Below are positions 8,279 through 15,988 of a stretch of DNA of 17,020 nucleotides, in pieces (within the stretch, counting starts at the first letter, position 1; the number at the start of each line of letters is the position of its first letter). The stretch spans positions 1-17,020 of the forward strand of contig JBHHXN010000117.1 of the NCBI GenBank assembly GCA_046757025.1, in the 5' to 3' direction. Position numbers and translations under genes: made by a program. This DNA is from a bacterium. Lineage in GTDB: Bacteria > Zhuqueibacterota > Zhuqueibacteria > Oceanimicrobiales > Oceanimicrobiaceae. Below the pieces are notes generated by a model that was not told the DNA's origin, made no database searches, and saw only the letters and a program-made list of their open reading frames with translations.

Positions 8279-8311
8279 GAGCGCCCCCCCAAACTTCAAT
8301 TCAAACTTGCG

Positions 8312-9964
8312 CTACATTCTCTCCGGTGCGCTAATGCCCAACAATTTTAACGCATTAGCCAGAACAATTCGCGTGCATTCAATCAAGGTCAAGCGAGCTT
8401 GTGTCAGCTCAGAGTCTTCGGTCACCACTCGGTGGTGATGAAAAAAACGATGAAACGTGGCCGCCAGTTCCTGCAAATAGTTAGGAAGGCGGTGGGGCTC
8501 CAGGTACTTCGCCGCCGACGAAATCAGATCCGGGAATTCCAGCAATCTCTTGATCAAACTCATTTCTTCAGCCGTCTTCAACAAGTTTACATTTCCCTTT
8601 CCTGAATAGGCCACCCCTTGTTCCTGTGCAAATTTGAAAATGTTGCAGATTCGTGCATGGGCGTACTGCACATAAAACACCGGGTTTTCCTCAGTGGTAT
8701 TTTTGGCCAGAGTCAAATCAAAATCTAATGGACTTTGACTGCGTCGTTCTAAAAAAAAGAACCGCGCAACGTCCACGCCCACCTCGTCAACCAGCTCTCC
8801 CATTTCAATGATTTTACCAGCCCGTTTCGACATTTTGACCATTTCGCCGTCTTCTAGCAAATTGACTTGTTGAATGATCAAAACCTCAAAGCTGCCCCTG
8901 GGATAACCTAAAGCCACCAGCGCCGCTTTCATTCTATCGATGTAGCCATGATGGTCAGGACCCCAGAGATCGTACAGCAATTCAAATCCGCGCTCATACT
9001 TGTCGAGGTGGTAGGCGATGTCCACCAAAAAATAGGTCGGCTCACCTTCGCGGGTCACCAGCACGCGATCCTTTTCATCGCCAAATTGCGAGGACTTGAA
9101 CCAGCGGGCACCGTCCCGTTCGTACAAAACGCCGTTTTCCTCAAACCGTTTCAACACTTTTATATGTTCGTTCTTTTCCCGCAACTGACTTTCGCGAAAC
9201 CAGTTGTGAAATTTGACGCCGAATTTATCGAGTACACTTTGCTGTGACACGATAATTCTTTCCAAAGCCAGTTTTGAAAACTGTTGACAGCGTTCTTCTT
9301 TGGCAAGGCTGGCGAACTGCTCGCCAAACTCCTCTTTTAATTCCCGGGCTAAATCGCGAACGTAGTCGCCATGGTAACCTTCTTCGGGGAAGGCTTCGCT
9401 TTTACCTATCAGCTCCAGGTAGCGCGCATTCACCGATTCGCCCAAAAGACGCACCTGACGGCCGGCGTCGTTGACGTAGTATTCTTTTTCCACTTCAAAT
9501 CCCACTGCCGCGTATAAATTGCCCAGCACGTCGCCAATGGTTGCGGCGCGGGCGCTAACCACATTTAGCGGTCCCGTGGGATTGGCGCTGACAAATTCGA
9601 ACTGCACTTTTTTCTTTTTGCCCCAGTCGTTGCGTCCGAAATTGGCCCCCTGTTCAAGAATGGTGGTCAGGGCGTTTTGAGAAAATTTATCACACAAGTA
9701 AAAGTTGATGAATCCTGCCCCCGCCACTTCCACTTTTTTCACGATTTCGGAATCGAGATTCAAATTCTGGATAATTTCATTTGCGATGTCCCTGGGATTC
9801 CGGCGTAATTTTGACGCCAGCAGCATGGCCACATTTGCAGCCAGATCACCATGATCACTCATTTTGGGCCTTTCTAAGATGATGCCGATTTCGTCAGCTT
9901 CGCTGATTCCCATTTTCACCAGTGCGTGCGCAATTTGCTCACGCAAATATTTTTCGCCAATCAT
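8312..9964 (-). CDS. argS: Arginine--tRNA ligase
   Basis: 550 aa from ATG at 9964, two bases after the rsfS stop. Motifs HGDLAAN, VAGAGFINF, FEFVSANPTGPL, YYVNDAGRQ, KMSKRAG, FYVQYAHAR and the C-terminal LLGISAPERM. Confidence 0.98.
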   Translation of the reverse strand: MIGEKYLREQIAHALVKMGISEADEIGIILERPKMSDHGDLAANVAMLLASKLRRNPRDIANEIIQNLNLDSEIVKKVEVAGAGFINFYLCDKFSQNALTTILEQGANFGRNDWGKKKKVQFEFVSANPTGPLNVVSARAATIGDVLGNLYAAVGFEVEKEYYVNDAGRQVRLLGESVNARYLELIGKSEAFPEEGYHGDYVRDLARELKEEFGEQFASLAKEERCQQFSKLALERIIVSQQSVLDKFGVKFHNWFRESQLREKNEHIKVLKRFEENGVLYERDGARWFKSSQFGDEKDRVLVTREGEPTYFLVDIAYHLDKYERGFELLYDLWGPDHHGYIDRMKAALVALGYPRGSFEVLIIQQVNLLEDGEMVKMSKRAGKIIEMGELVDEVGVDVARFFFLERRSQSPLDFDLTLAKNTTEENPVFYVQYAHARICNIFKFAQEQGVAYSGKGNVNLLKTAEEMSLIKRLLEFPDLISSAAKYLEPHRLPNYLQELAATFHRFFHHHRVVTEDSELTQARLTLIECTRIVLANALKLLGISAPERM

Positions 9965-9966
9965 GT

Positions 9967-10314
9967 TTATTCGTCCTTTATCTCCTCGACCTCGGCGTCG
10001 CCCCAAAGCCGCTCGATTGCATAAAATTCTCGTTTGTGCGGTTGAAAAATGTGTACAATTACGTGGATGTAATCGATGAGCACCCACTCCTGATTATTCA
10101 ACCCCTCGATATGCAGCGGACGGATTTTTTCTTTTTTTAAATTTTCGGAAATGTGCTCGCTGATGGCTTTTACCTGCGTATTGGTGGAGCCGGTGCAAAT
10201 GACAAAATAATCGGTCATGGTTGTAAGCGGGTACATCGTCATGATGAGGACGTCGCTTGCCTTCTTTTCCAGAGACAAGTTTGCAATTTTGTGGGCCAGG
10301 TTTTTAGAAGTCAA
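9967..10314 (-). CDS. rsfS: Ribosome silencing factor RsfS (Iojap)
   Basis: EKKASDV, DYFVICTG..TQVKAI, EWVLIDY..VIVHIF...REFYAIERLW. The likely start is TTG at 10314, 10 nt after GGAGGAG (the track starts at GTG 10335). Confidence 0.95.
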   Translation of the reverse strand: MTSKNLAHKIANLSLEKKASDVLIMTMYPLTTMTDYFVICTGSTNTQVKAISEHISENLKKEKIRPLHIEGLNNQEWVLIDYIHVIVHIFQPHKREFYAIERLWGDAEVEEIKDE

Positions 10315-10392
10315 ATATTTTTTGCTCCTCCACAATAAATGAATAATTGATTTTTTTCCGCGGTTGAAAAAGTCGGGTGCGGTCTTAAAAAT

Positions 10393-10421
10393 AAGTTAGT
10401 TTTGAAAAGAATAAAATGCAA
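10393..10421 (-). promoter_or_regulatory. Putative sigma70 promoter for rsfS-argS
   Basis: Minus strand TTGCAT-17 nt-TAACTT in an AT-rich intergenic region. Confidence 0.5.
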
Positions 10422-10570
10422 GTATTTGATGATTTTTTTTTCGTCCGCGTGCGACTCCATTTTCAGATTCAATGTTTTGTTGAGTGAATAAATTCAGCTA
10501 TTTTACGGAAATCGGAGAGAGACTTCAATTGCTCCATTTTGACGAAAGGTCTTGGAACAAAGTTATCAGC

Positions 10571-11506
10571 TTAGAGATTCGTTTGTTGTTTGAACCAGGC
10601 GACGGTTTTAGTTAAACCCTCCTCCAGGCCCACTTTGGGCTGCCAGTCCAAAATGCTTTTGGCCTTACTGATGTCTGGTTGGCGCACTTTAGGGTCGTCC
10701 TCTGGCAGAGGGTGATAGCTGATTTCACTGGAGCTGCTGGTCACTTTAATGATCATCTCGGCCAGTTCTTTAATTGTCATTTCATTTGGATTGCCAATGT
10801 TCAACGGTTCATGATATTCCGAAATCAGCAGTCGGTAAATACCTTCGATCAAATCATCCACATAACAAAAGCTGCGCGTCTGGGAACCGTCGCCGAAAAT
10901 CGTGATCGGCTGGTTTTTCAGCGCTTGCGGGATGAACGCCGGAATAGCGCGGCCGTCTTTCGGGCGCATGCGCGGACCGTAAGTGTTAAATATTCGTACT
11001 ATCTTGGTGTCCAGTCCATGGTAGCGGTGATACGCCATGGTGATGGCTTCGCCAAAGCGCTTGGCCTCATCATAAACTCCTCGTGGGCCCACCGGGTTCA
11101 CATGCCCCCAGTAATCTTCCTTCTGGGGATGAACCTGTGGATCGCCGTACACTTCGGAGGTGGAAGCCAGCAAAAATGTGGCTTGTTTCTCCAGCGCCAA
11201 ACCCAGGGCTTTATGCGCGCCCAGCGCGCCCACTTTCAAGGTTTGGATGGGAAGCTCCAAATAATCCTTCGGACTGGCGGGAGAAGCAAAATGTAAAACG
11301 TAATCGATTTTGCCAGCGGTGTAAATATATTCGGTGACATTATGTTTCACAAACTTAAATTGTTCACTCTGTAAATGTTCAATATTGGCGACGGTGCCTG
11401 TCAGCAAATTATCCATGGCAATGACTTCGTGACCTTTTTTGAGCAGGTATTCACAAATATGCGATCCCAAAAATCCAGCGCCCCCAGTGACTAACGTTCT
11501 TGGCAT
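10571..11506 (-). CDS. UDP-glucuronic acid decarboxylase (UDP-xylose synthase)-like extended SDR
   Basis: [11 protein letters not shown]-binding motif, [29 protein letters not shown] (YxxxK), [39 protein letters not shown] upstream. Confidence 0.92.
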   Translation of the reverse strand: MPRTLVTGGAGFLGSHICEYLLKKGHEVIAMDNLLTGTVANIEHLQSEQFKFVKHNVTEYIYTAGKIDYVLHFASPASPKDYLELPIQTLKVGALGAHKALGLALEKQATFLLASTSEVYGDPQVHPQKEDYWGHVNPVGPRGVYDEAKRFGEAITMAYHRYHGLDTKIVRIFNTYGPRMRPKDGRAIPAFIPQALKNQPITIFGDGSQTRSFCYVDDLIEGIYRLLISEYHEPLNIGNPNEMTIKELAEMIIKVTSSSSEISYHPLPEDDPKVRQPDISKAKSILDWQPKVGLEEGLTKTVAWFKQQTNL

Positions 11507-11539
11507 TTTGAATTCTCACCTTTATTTTCAACTAATTCA

Positions 11540-11682
11540 TATCCATCTATAATCGTCATTCCCGAGTATTCCCTGCTAACGGTATGCAATGAGCAACTCA
11601 TCGGGAATCTTGTGCTGAACTGACCAATGGATTCCCGTTTAAGATTGCGGGAATGACAAAAAAAGCTCTTTACGGATGGATA
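11540..11682. mobile_element. MITE-like element with TIRs, target-site duplication and GTCATTCCCG/CGGGAATGAC REP-like core
   Basis: TIRs TATCCATCTATAA (11540-11552) and TTACGGATGGATA (11670-11682) match at 11/13. The element is flanked by the direct repeat CTAATTCA (11532-11539 and 11683-11690). Internal layout: GTCATTCCCG..CGGGAATC..GATTCCCG..CGGGAATGAC. Confidence 0.78.
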
Positions 11683-11988
11683 CTAATTCATGTTAATTTA
11701 CATTTTTCTAATAAACATTGACAAACTCGAACAAACCGTCTTCACTCAATCCTTCACGCCGTTTTCAGATTTTATTCCAACGTTCACTTCATGATATACC
11801 TGCAAATCCGCGCCGGAGTGAAAAACAATCTCATGAAATCAGGCGATCAAACCGTAGCCGATCACAGGGTACTACAAATAGAAAAGGACACGTGTGTGTC
11901 CGAAAGTAAACTGATTTTCACTCGCTCTGCGGATCAAATTGCCACTACCTTTAAAGAACTCAACCCACCCCTGCCGGTTTGGCTACGC

Positions 11989-12966
11989 TCAACTCTCTCG
12001 CGTGGTGATAAATTCCACCAGCTTGATCAGGGAATTTTTATAAGGTGTATCGGGATAATTATTGAGTGTTTTGAGCGCTTCATCGCTGAATTCTTTAGCT
12101 TTTGACATGGCATAGTCAATGCCGCCATATTTTTCCACAAACGCGATGATTTCTTTTAACTGATGCTTTCTGGCCTTATTTTTGATCAAGCGGATAATCT
12201 TCCGGGCCTCTTTTTTTTCGGCATTTTTCAAAGCATGCAGCAAAGGCAAAGTGATCTTGTTTTCCCGAATATCGTTTCCCAGCGGTTTGCCGGTATTTTT
12301 CTCCACGCCCAGGATGTCGAGTAAATCATCTCTTATTTGAAAAGCGATCCCTAAGTTTTCGCCAAAATGTTTCATAGCCGATATTTGTTGTTCATCGTCT
12401 GTGCAGGAAACCGCTCCCAGTTGACAGGCAGCGGCTAAAAGAGAAGCGGTCTTGTCGGCAATAAGTTGATAATACACTTCCTCTTCCATCCAGTAATCTT
12501 TGCTGCGCTCCACCCCCAGCAGCTCGCCTTGACTCATCCGTTCAGCGGTTTCGGAAATGATTTCATAAGCGCGCATGCTTTTCAGGCTTAACATCGCCAA
12601 CAGCGCTTTCGAGAATAAATAATCGCCCATTAAAACGGAAACTTTATTTTTCCAAATCGAATTGATGGAAGGCCGGCCACGTCGTTGATGCGAGTTATCG
12701 ATGACATCGTCGTGCACCAGCGTAGCCGTGTGCAAAAGCTCCATGATGGCCGCGGCTTTCAAATTTCTTTTATCCATCGCCACGCCGTTGTGGAGTTTAC
12801 TGGTCAGGATCACTAAAATCGGCCGCAGCCGTTTGCCCTTGTTGGCAATGATGTATTGCACGACTTTGTCGATCAAAAAAACGTTCGATTTGAGGAGTTT
12901 TCTGAATTCTTTTTCGTAAGCGGCGAGATCGGCTTTAATGGGTTTGTATATCTCTTTAAGGGACAC
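11989..12966 (-). CDS. Polyprenyl diphosphate synthase (IspB/HepT-like, long-chain trans-prenyltransferase)
   Basis: GKRLRP, first aspartate-rich motif LHTATLVHDDVID..RRG, LMGDYL, KTASL, second motif GIAFQIRDDLLD, GKPLGNDIRENKITLP. Ala five residues before the first motif fits long-chain products. Confidence 0.95.
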   Translation of the reverse strand: MSLKEIYKPIKADLAAYEKEFRKLLKSNVFLIDKVVQYIIANKGKRLRPILVILTSKLHNGVAMDKRNLKAAAIMELLHTATLVHDDVIDNSHQRRGRPSINSIWKNKVSVLMGDYLFSKALLAMLSLKSMRAYEIISETAERMSQGELLGVERSKDYWMEEEVYYQLIADKTASLLAAACQLGAVSCTDDEQQISAMKHFGENLGIAFQIRDDLLDILGVEKNTGKPLGNDIRENKITLPLLHALKNAEKKEARKIIRLIKNKARKHQLKEIIAFVEKYGGIDYAMSKAKEFSDEALKTLNNYPDTPYKNSLIKLVEFITTRES

Positions 12967-13011
12967 GGTTCGGCCTTATTAAATTTTTCAAACGGTTGTA
13001 AAAATCCGCCT

Positions 13012-13040
13012 AATGTAACAATTAAAACCGATTTTGTCAA
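13012..13040 (-). promoter_or_regulatory. Sigma70 promoter for the polyprenyl synthase gene
   Basis: Minus strand TTGACA-17 nt-TACATT, with a TG at the extended -10 position, about 45 nt upstream of the GTG start. Confidence 0.7.
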
Positions 13041-13274
13041 ACAAAATAAAAAGATATTCGCACGAGGGCAGAGGTAGGTAAAATGCGGCTCCCACTGCAA
13101 CATCCAGCTAAAATAAGAAGGACTTCGGAGGCAGTTCGTCGGAGGTACCGCACAAGGAAACGGATGAAGAATATTTCAGGTGGTACGCTTATCCAATTAG
13201 CTCAGAAGATGAGTTAACTGTATCACCGTATTCAGGTGGGTTTAAGCCATGGCGTTTTGTGAGGTCCCGACCAG

Positions 13275-15116
13275 TCAGCAGACCACGGTGATTTCTTCAC
13301 TCTCAGAAGCCGGCAAAGTCAGGATAAAAGTGGTCCCCTCATTCACCCTGCTTTCTGCCTGAATGCTGCCGCCACCTTTCTCGATGATCATCTGCGAAAC
13401 GTACAGGCCCAGGCCGGTTCCGAAGCCGGCGCGTTTGGTAGTAAAAAACGGTGTATAAATTTGCGCCAGCTGGTCTTCCGGAATGCCCACCCCGGTATCG
13501 CTGATTTTCAGGTCGATGTAATTGTCATCCCGCTTTTCGGTGGTGATGGTTAGTTTGCCGCCCTTGGGCATGGCTTGAATGGCATTAATGAAAATATTCA
13601 ACAACACCTGCTTTAAGGAATCGATATTGAAATACACATCGTGCCCTGGGTCCGGTTCAAAATGGAATTCAATGTTGTTTGCAGTCAACTCCTTTCCAAG
13701 TAGAGCCACAGCACTTTCGATCAATTTGCTCAATTTTATTTTCTCTTTCTCATGCTGAGAATCCCTTGAAAATTCCAACAGGTTGTTGATGATGTTGGAG
13801 GCCCGGCGCACATTTTTGCGAATAATTTGCAGCTTATCTATGATATCCGGATTGTGGTCTGGCAAATACTCTTCGATGTAATAGCGCGCGGTTTCGATGA
13901 TGTTCAGAGGATTTCTGATTTCATGTGAAATACCGGACGAGAGCAGTCCAATTGTGGCTAACTTTTCGGACTGAATCAATGATTTTTCTAATTTCTTTTT
14001 TTCCGTGATATTTTTAGAGTACAGCGCCACGGATTCGATGGTATTTTCAAAATCAAATATGGGATAGCTTTTGATTTCAAAAATAATCTCACCGTGTTTT
14101 TTTTCGATAATCTTCGGCTGTTTGATGTTGAAGGTCACTTGCGCCGGGCAGTCGCTGCAAACATCGTCATTGCCATAATATACCTGGTAGCATTTTTTAC
14201 CGATGAGATTTTCAGGCTGATCGCGGCATCCATCCGCAAATGCTTTGTTGGCAATGACAATTTCAAAATCCTTATTCACCTGGTAGATGATATCGGTGAT
14301 ACCATCAAACATACTTTGCAACCGCCGTTTACTGTTCAAAATTTGCTGCTGCAATTTTCGTTTTTCAGCGGTGCTGCGCAGGATGCCCAGAATGTATTGA
14401 TATTTGCCAAACTCAATGACGCTGGCATTGATGTCCACCGGTACCAGCTCGGCGTCGCGAGTGCGAATGGAAAGCGAGTCCTCGCGATTCACACCTTTGG
14501 CGAAGGTATCTTCCAGCAGTTTTTTGGCAGCTAAGCGCTGTTCCTCCGGATACAATTCCTGGAACGGCAGCCCAATCAACTCATCCTTTTGGTATTTCAA
14601 GATTTCAGTGGCTTTGATATTGGTTTCCAAAATATTCATATTTTGGGGATTGATGATCAAAATGGCATCGTTGGCCTTTTCAAAGATATGACGATATTTA
14701 TGTTCCGATTCTTTGAGTTTGAGCTCTAAATGATAATTCTCGATGGTTTTCTGAATGACTTTGGGGAGAACGGTTAAAAAACTGGTATCTTTGACGAGGT
14801 AGTCATAAGCGCCCTTTTTCAGCGCTTCTACGGCTACTTGTTCGCTTCCCTGCCCGGAAACCACCACCACTGGTGTATCGATATTTGCTTTCTCAATTTC
14901 CGACAGCAGATCCAATCCATTGCAATCCGGCAATTGATAATCCAAAATGATGGCCCCAAATACCTCCTCCTTTTGATTGAGCATTTTCAAACAGGAATCC
15001 CCCGAAGTCGTGGTGGCAACTTCGAACTGGGGATTAAACTTTTGCATGCGCTGCCGCACCATATCAGCCAGATGTAAATCGTCCTCAATCAATAAAATTT
15101 TTATTGAACCTTCCAT
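13275..15116 (-). CDS. Hybrid sensor histidine kinase: REC-PAS-PAS-HisKA-HATPase (NtrB-like core)
   Basis: Receiver domain (ILLIEDD, IILDYQLPD, VVVVSG, AYDYLVK), two PAS-like segments, QSEKLATIGLLSSGISHEIRNPL H-box, NAIQAM N-box, DTGVGI, PFFTTK, GTGLGL. ATG at 15116 follows GGAGGT at 7 nt. Confidence 0.94.
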   Translation of the reverse strand: MEGSIKILLIEDDLHLADMVRQRMQKFNPQFEVATTTSGDSCLKMLNQKEEVFGAIILDYQLPDCNGLDLLSEIEKANIDTPVVVVSGQGSEQVAVEALKKGAYDYLVKDTSFLTVLPKVIQKTIENYHLELKLKESEHKYRHIFEKANDAILIINPQNMNILETNIKATEILKYQKDELIGLPFQELYPEEQRLAAKKLLEDTFAKGVNREDSLSIRTRDAELVPVDINASVIEFGKYQYILGILRSTAEKRKLQQQILNSKRRLQSMFDGITDIIYQVNKDFEIVIANKAFADGCRDQPENLIGKKCYQVYYGNDDVCSDCPAQVTFNIKQPKIIEKKHGEIIFEIKSYPIFDFENTIESVALYSKNITEKKKLEKSLIQSEKLATIGLLSSGISHEIRNPLNIIETARYYIEEYLPDHNPDIIDKLQIIRKNVRRASNIINNLLEFSRDSQHEKEKIKLSKLIESAVALLGKELTANNIEFHFEPDPGHDVYFNIDSLKQVLLNIFINAIQAMPKGGKLTITTEKRDDNYIDLKISDTGVGIPEDQLAQIYTPFFTTKRAGFGTGLGLYVSQMIIEKGGGSIQAESRVNEGTTFILTLPASESEEITVVC

Positions 15117-15245
15117 GGAAACCACCTCCGATGCATGAATTAAGGTTGTAAGATCATCGTTTTCAATACGGTGTTGATAAAAGCAAGCTGTTTATTTGGT
15201 GGTAATTCGTTTAGAATGCGCGATCACGATACATCTCGAAATAGC

Positions 15246-15968
15246 TCAAGGAGACCTTTTCGGCAAGGTGAAGAAAATGGTGGTACCCTTATTTTTTCTG
15301 GAATCTACCCAGATTTCGCCGCCATGACCTTGAATGATCCTCTTGACAATAGCCAATCCAATTCCAGAACCTTGCACGTTGTTTTTATTATGTAATCGGC
15401 TGAATAGATTAAACACTTTATCGCGATCTTTTGCCCGTATGCCAACGCCGTTATCTTGTACGAAAAATTTGTGGAAAATCTCATCCTCGCGGTAACCTAA
15501 AACAATTTGGCAGGCACGTCTGGCATTCGCGTATTTGATCGCATTAGAAAGCAAATTTGTGTAAACCTGGGTCATGGCACTAAAATCACAATAGATTTCC
15601 GGCAGATTGGGTTGTATTTGAAACTGCGTTTTGTTTTGCATGATTTCCATGGCCAAAGATTCTAAAGCTGCCTCGATAATGGCACGCACTGCGACCTTTT
15701 GAAATTCGCATTCATTGACGACAACCTTAGCGAGCCGGGTGATATCGGTGAGCAAATTATCAATTTTTGATAAATTCGATAAAATGCGCTCTAAGTACTT
15801 CGTACCCTCACCCGGAAGGTTTGTTTGAAAATTTTCAGCTAAAAGCGAAGTAAATCCCTGAATGGAAACCAGAGGCGTTCTGAGCTCATGAACGATGGTG
15901 TGCAAATACACATTTAATTGCTCATTACAATGGGATGGGTTTGCATTCACTGAACGAATTTTGTTCAT
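15246..15968 (-). CDS. Histidine kinase core without a sensor domain (HisKA-HATPase)
   Basis: 240 aa. The H-box VHELRTPLVSIQGF begins at residue 26, followed by NLLSNAIKY, DNGVGI, FNLFSRL and GSGIGL. Confidence 0.9.
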   Translation of the reverse strand: MNKIRSVNANPSHCNEQLNVYLHTIVHELRTPLVSIQGFTSLLAENFQTNLPGEGTKYLERILSNLSKIDNLLTDITRLAKVVVNECEFQKVAVRAIIEAALESLAMEIMQNKTQFQIQPNLPEIYCDFSAMTQVYTNLLSNAIKYANARRACQIVLGYREDEIFHKFFVQDNGVGIRAKDRDKVFNLFSRLHNKNNVQGSGIGLAIVKRIIQGHGGEIWVDSRKNKGTTIFFTLPKRSP

Positions 15969-15988
15969 TTCATAACGACATTTACAAG

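Noticed and set aside
9965..10087. 41-aa N-terminal extension of ArgRS in the ORF track
   Set aside because: It overlaps rsfS in another frame; ATG 9964 gives a normal-length ArgRS coupled to the rsfS stop.
10437..10547. CTCCATTTT direct repeat and TTTCGTC/GACGAAA inverted pair
   Set aside because: These short matches are compatible with chance in an AT-rich spacer, and no larger structure was found.
10679..11296. 205-aa plus-strand ORF
   Set aside because: It is the antisense shadow of the conserved UDP-glucuronate decarboxylase gene.
5400..11690. Palindromic repeats as a CRISPR array or attC sites
   Set aside because: There are no regularly spaced direct repeats with spacers, no cas or integrase genes and no cassette organisation.
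11718..12105. Plus-strand ORFs of 63 and 104 aa
   Set aside because: They have no recognisable domain or SD; the longer one runs antisense into the prenyl synthase gene.
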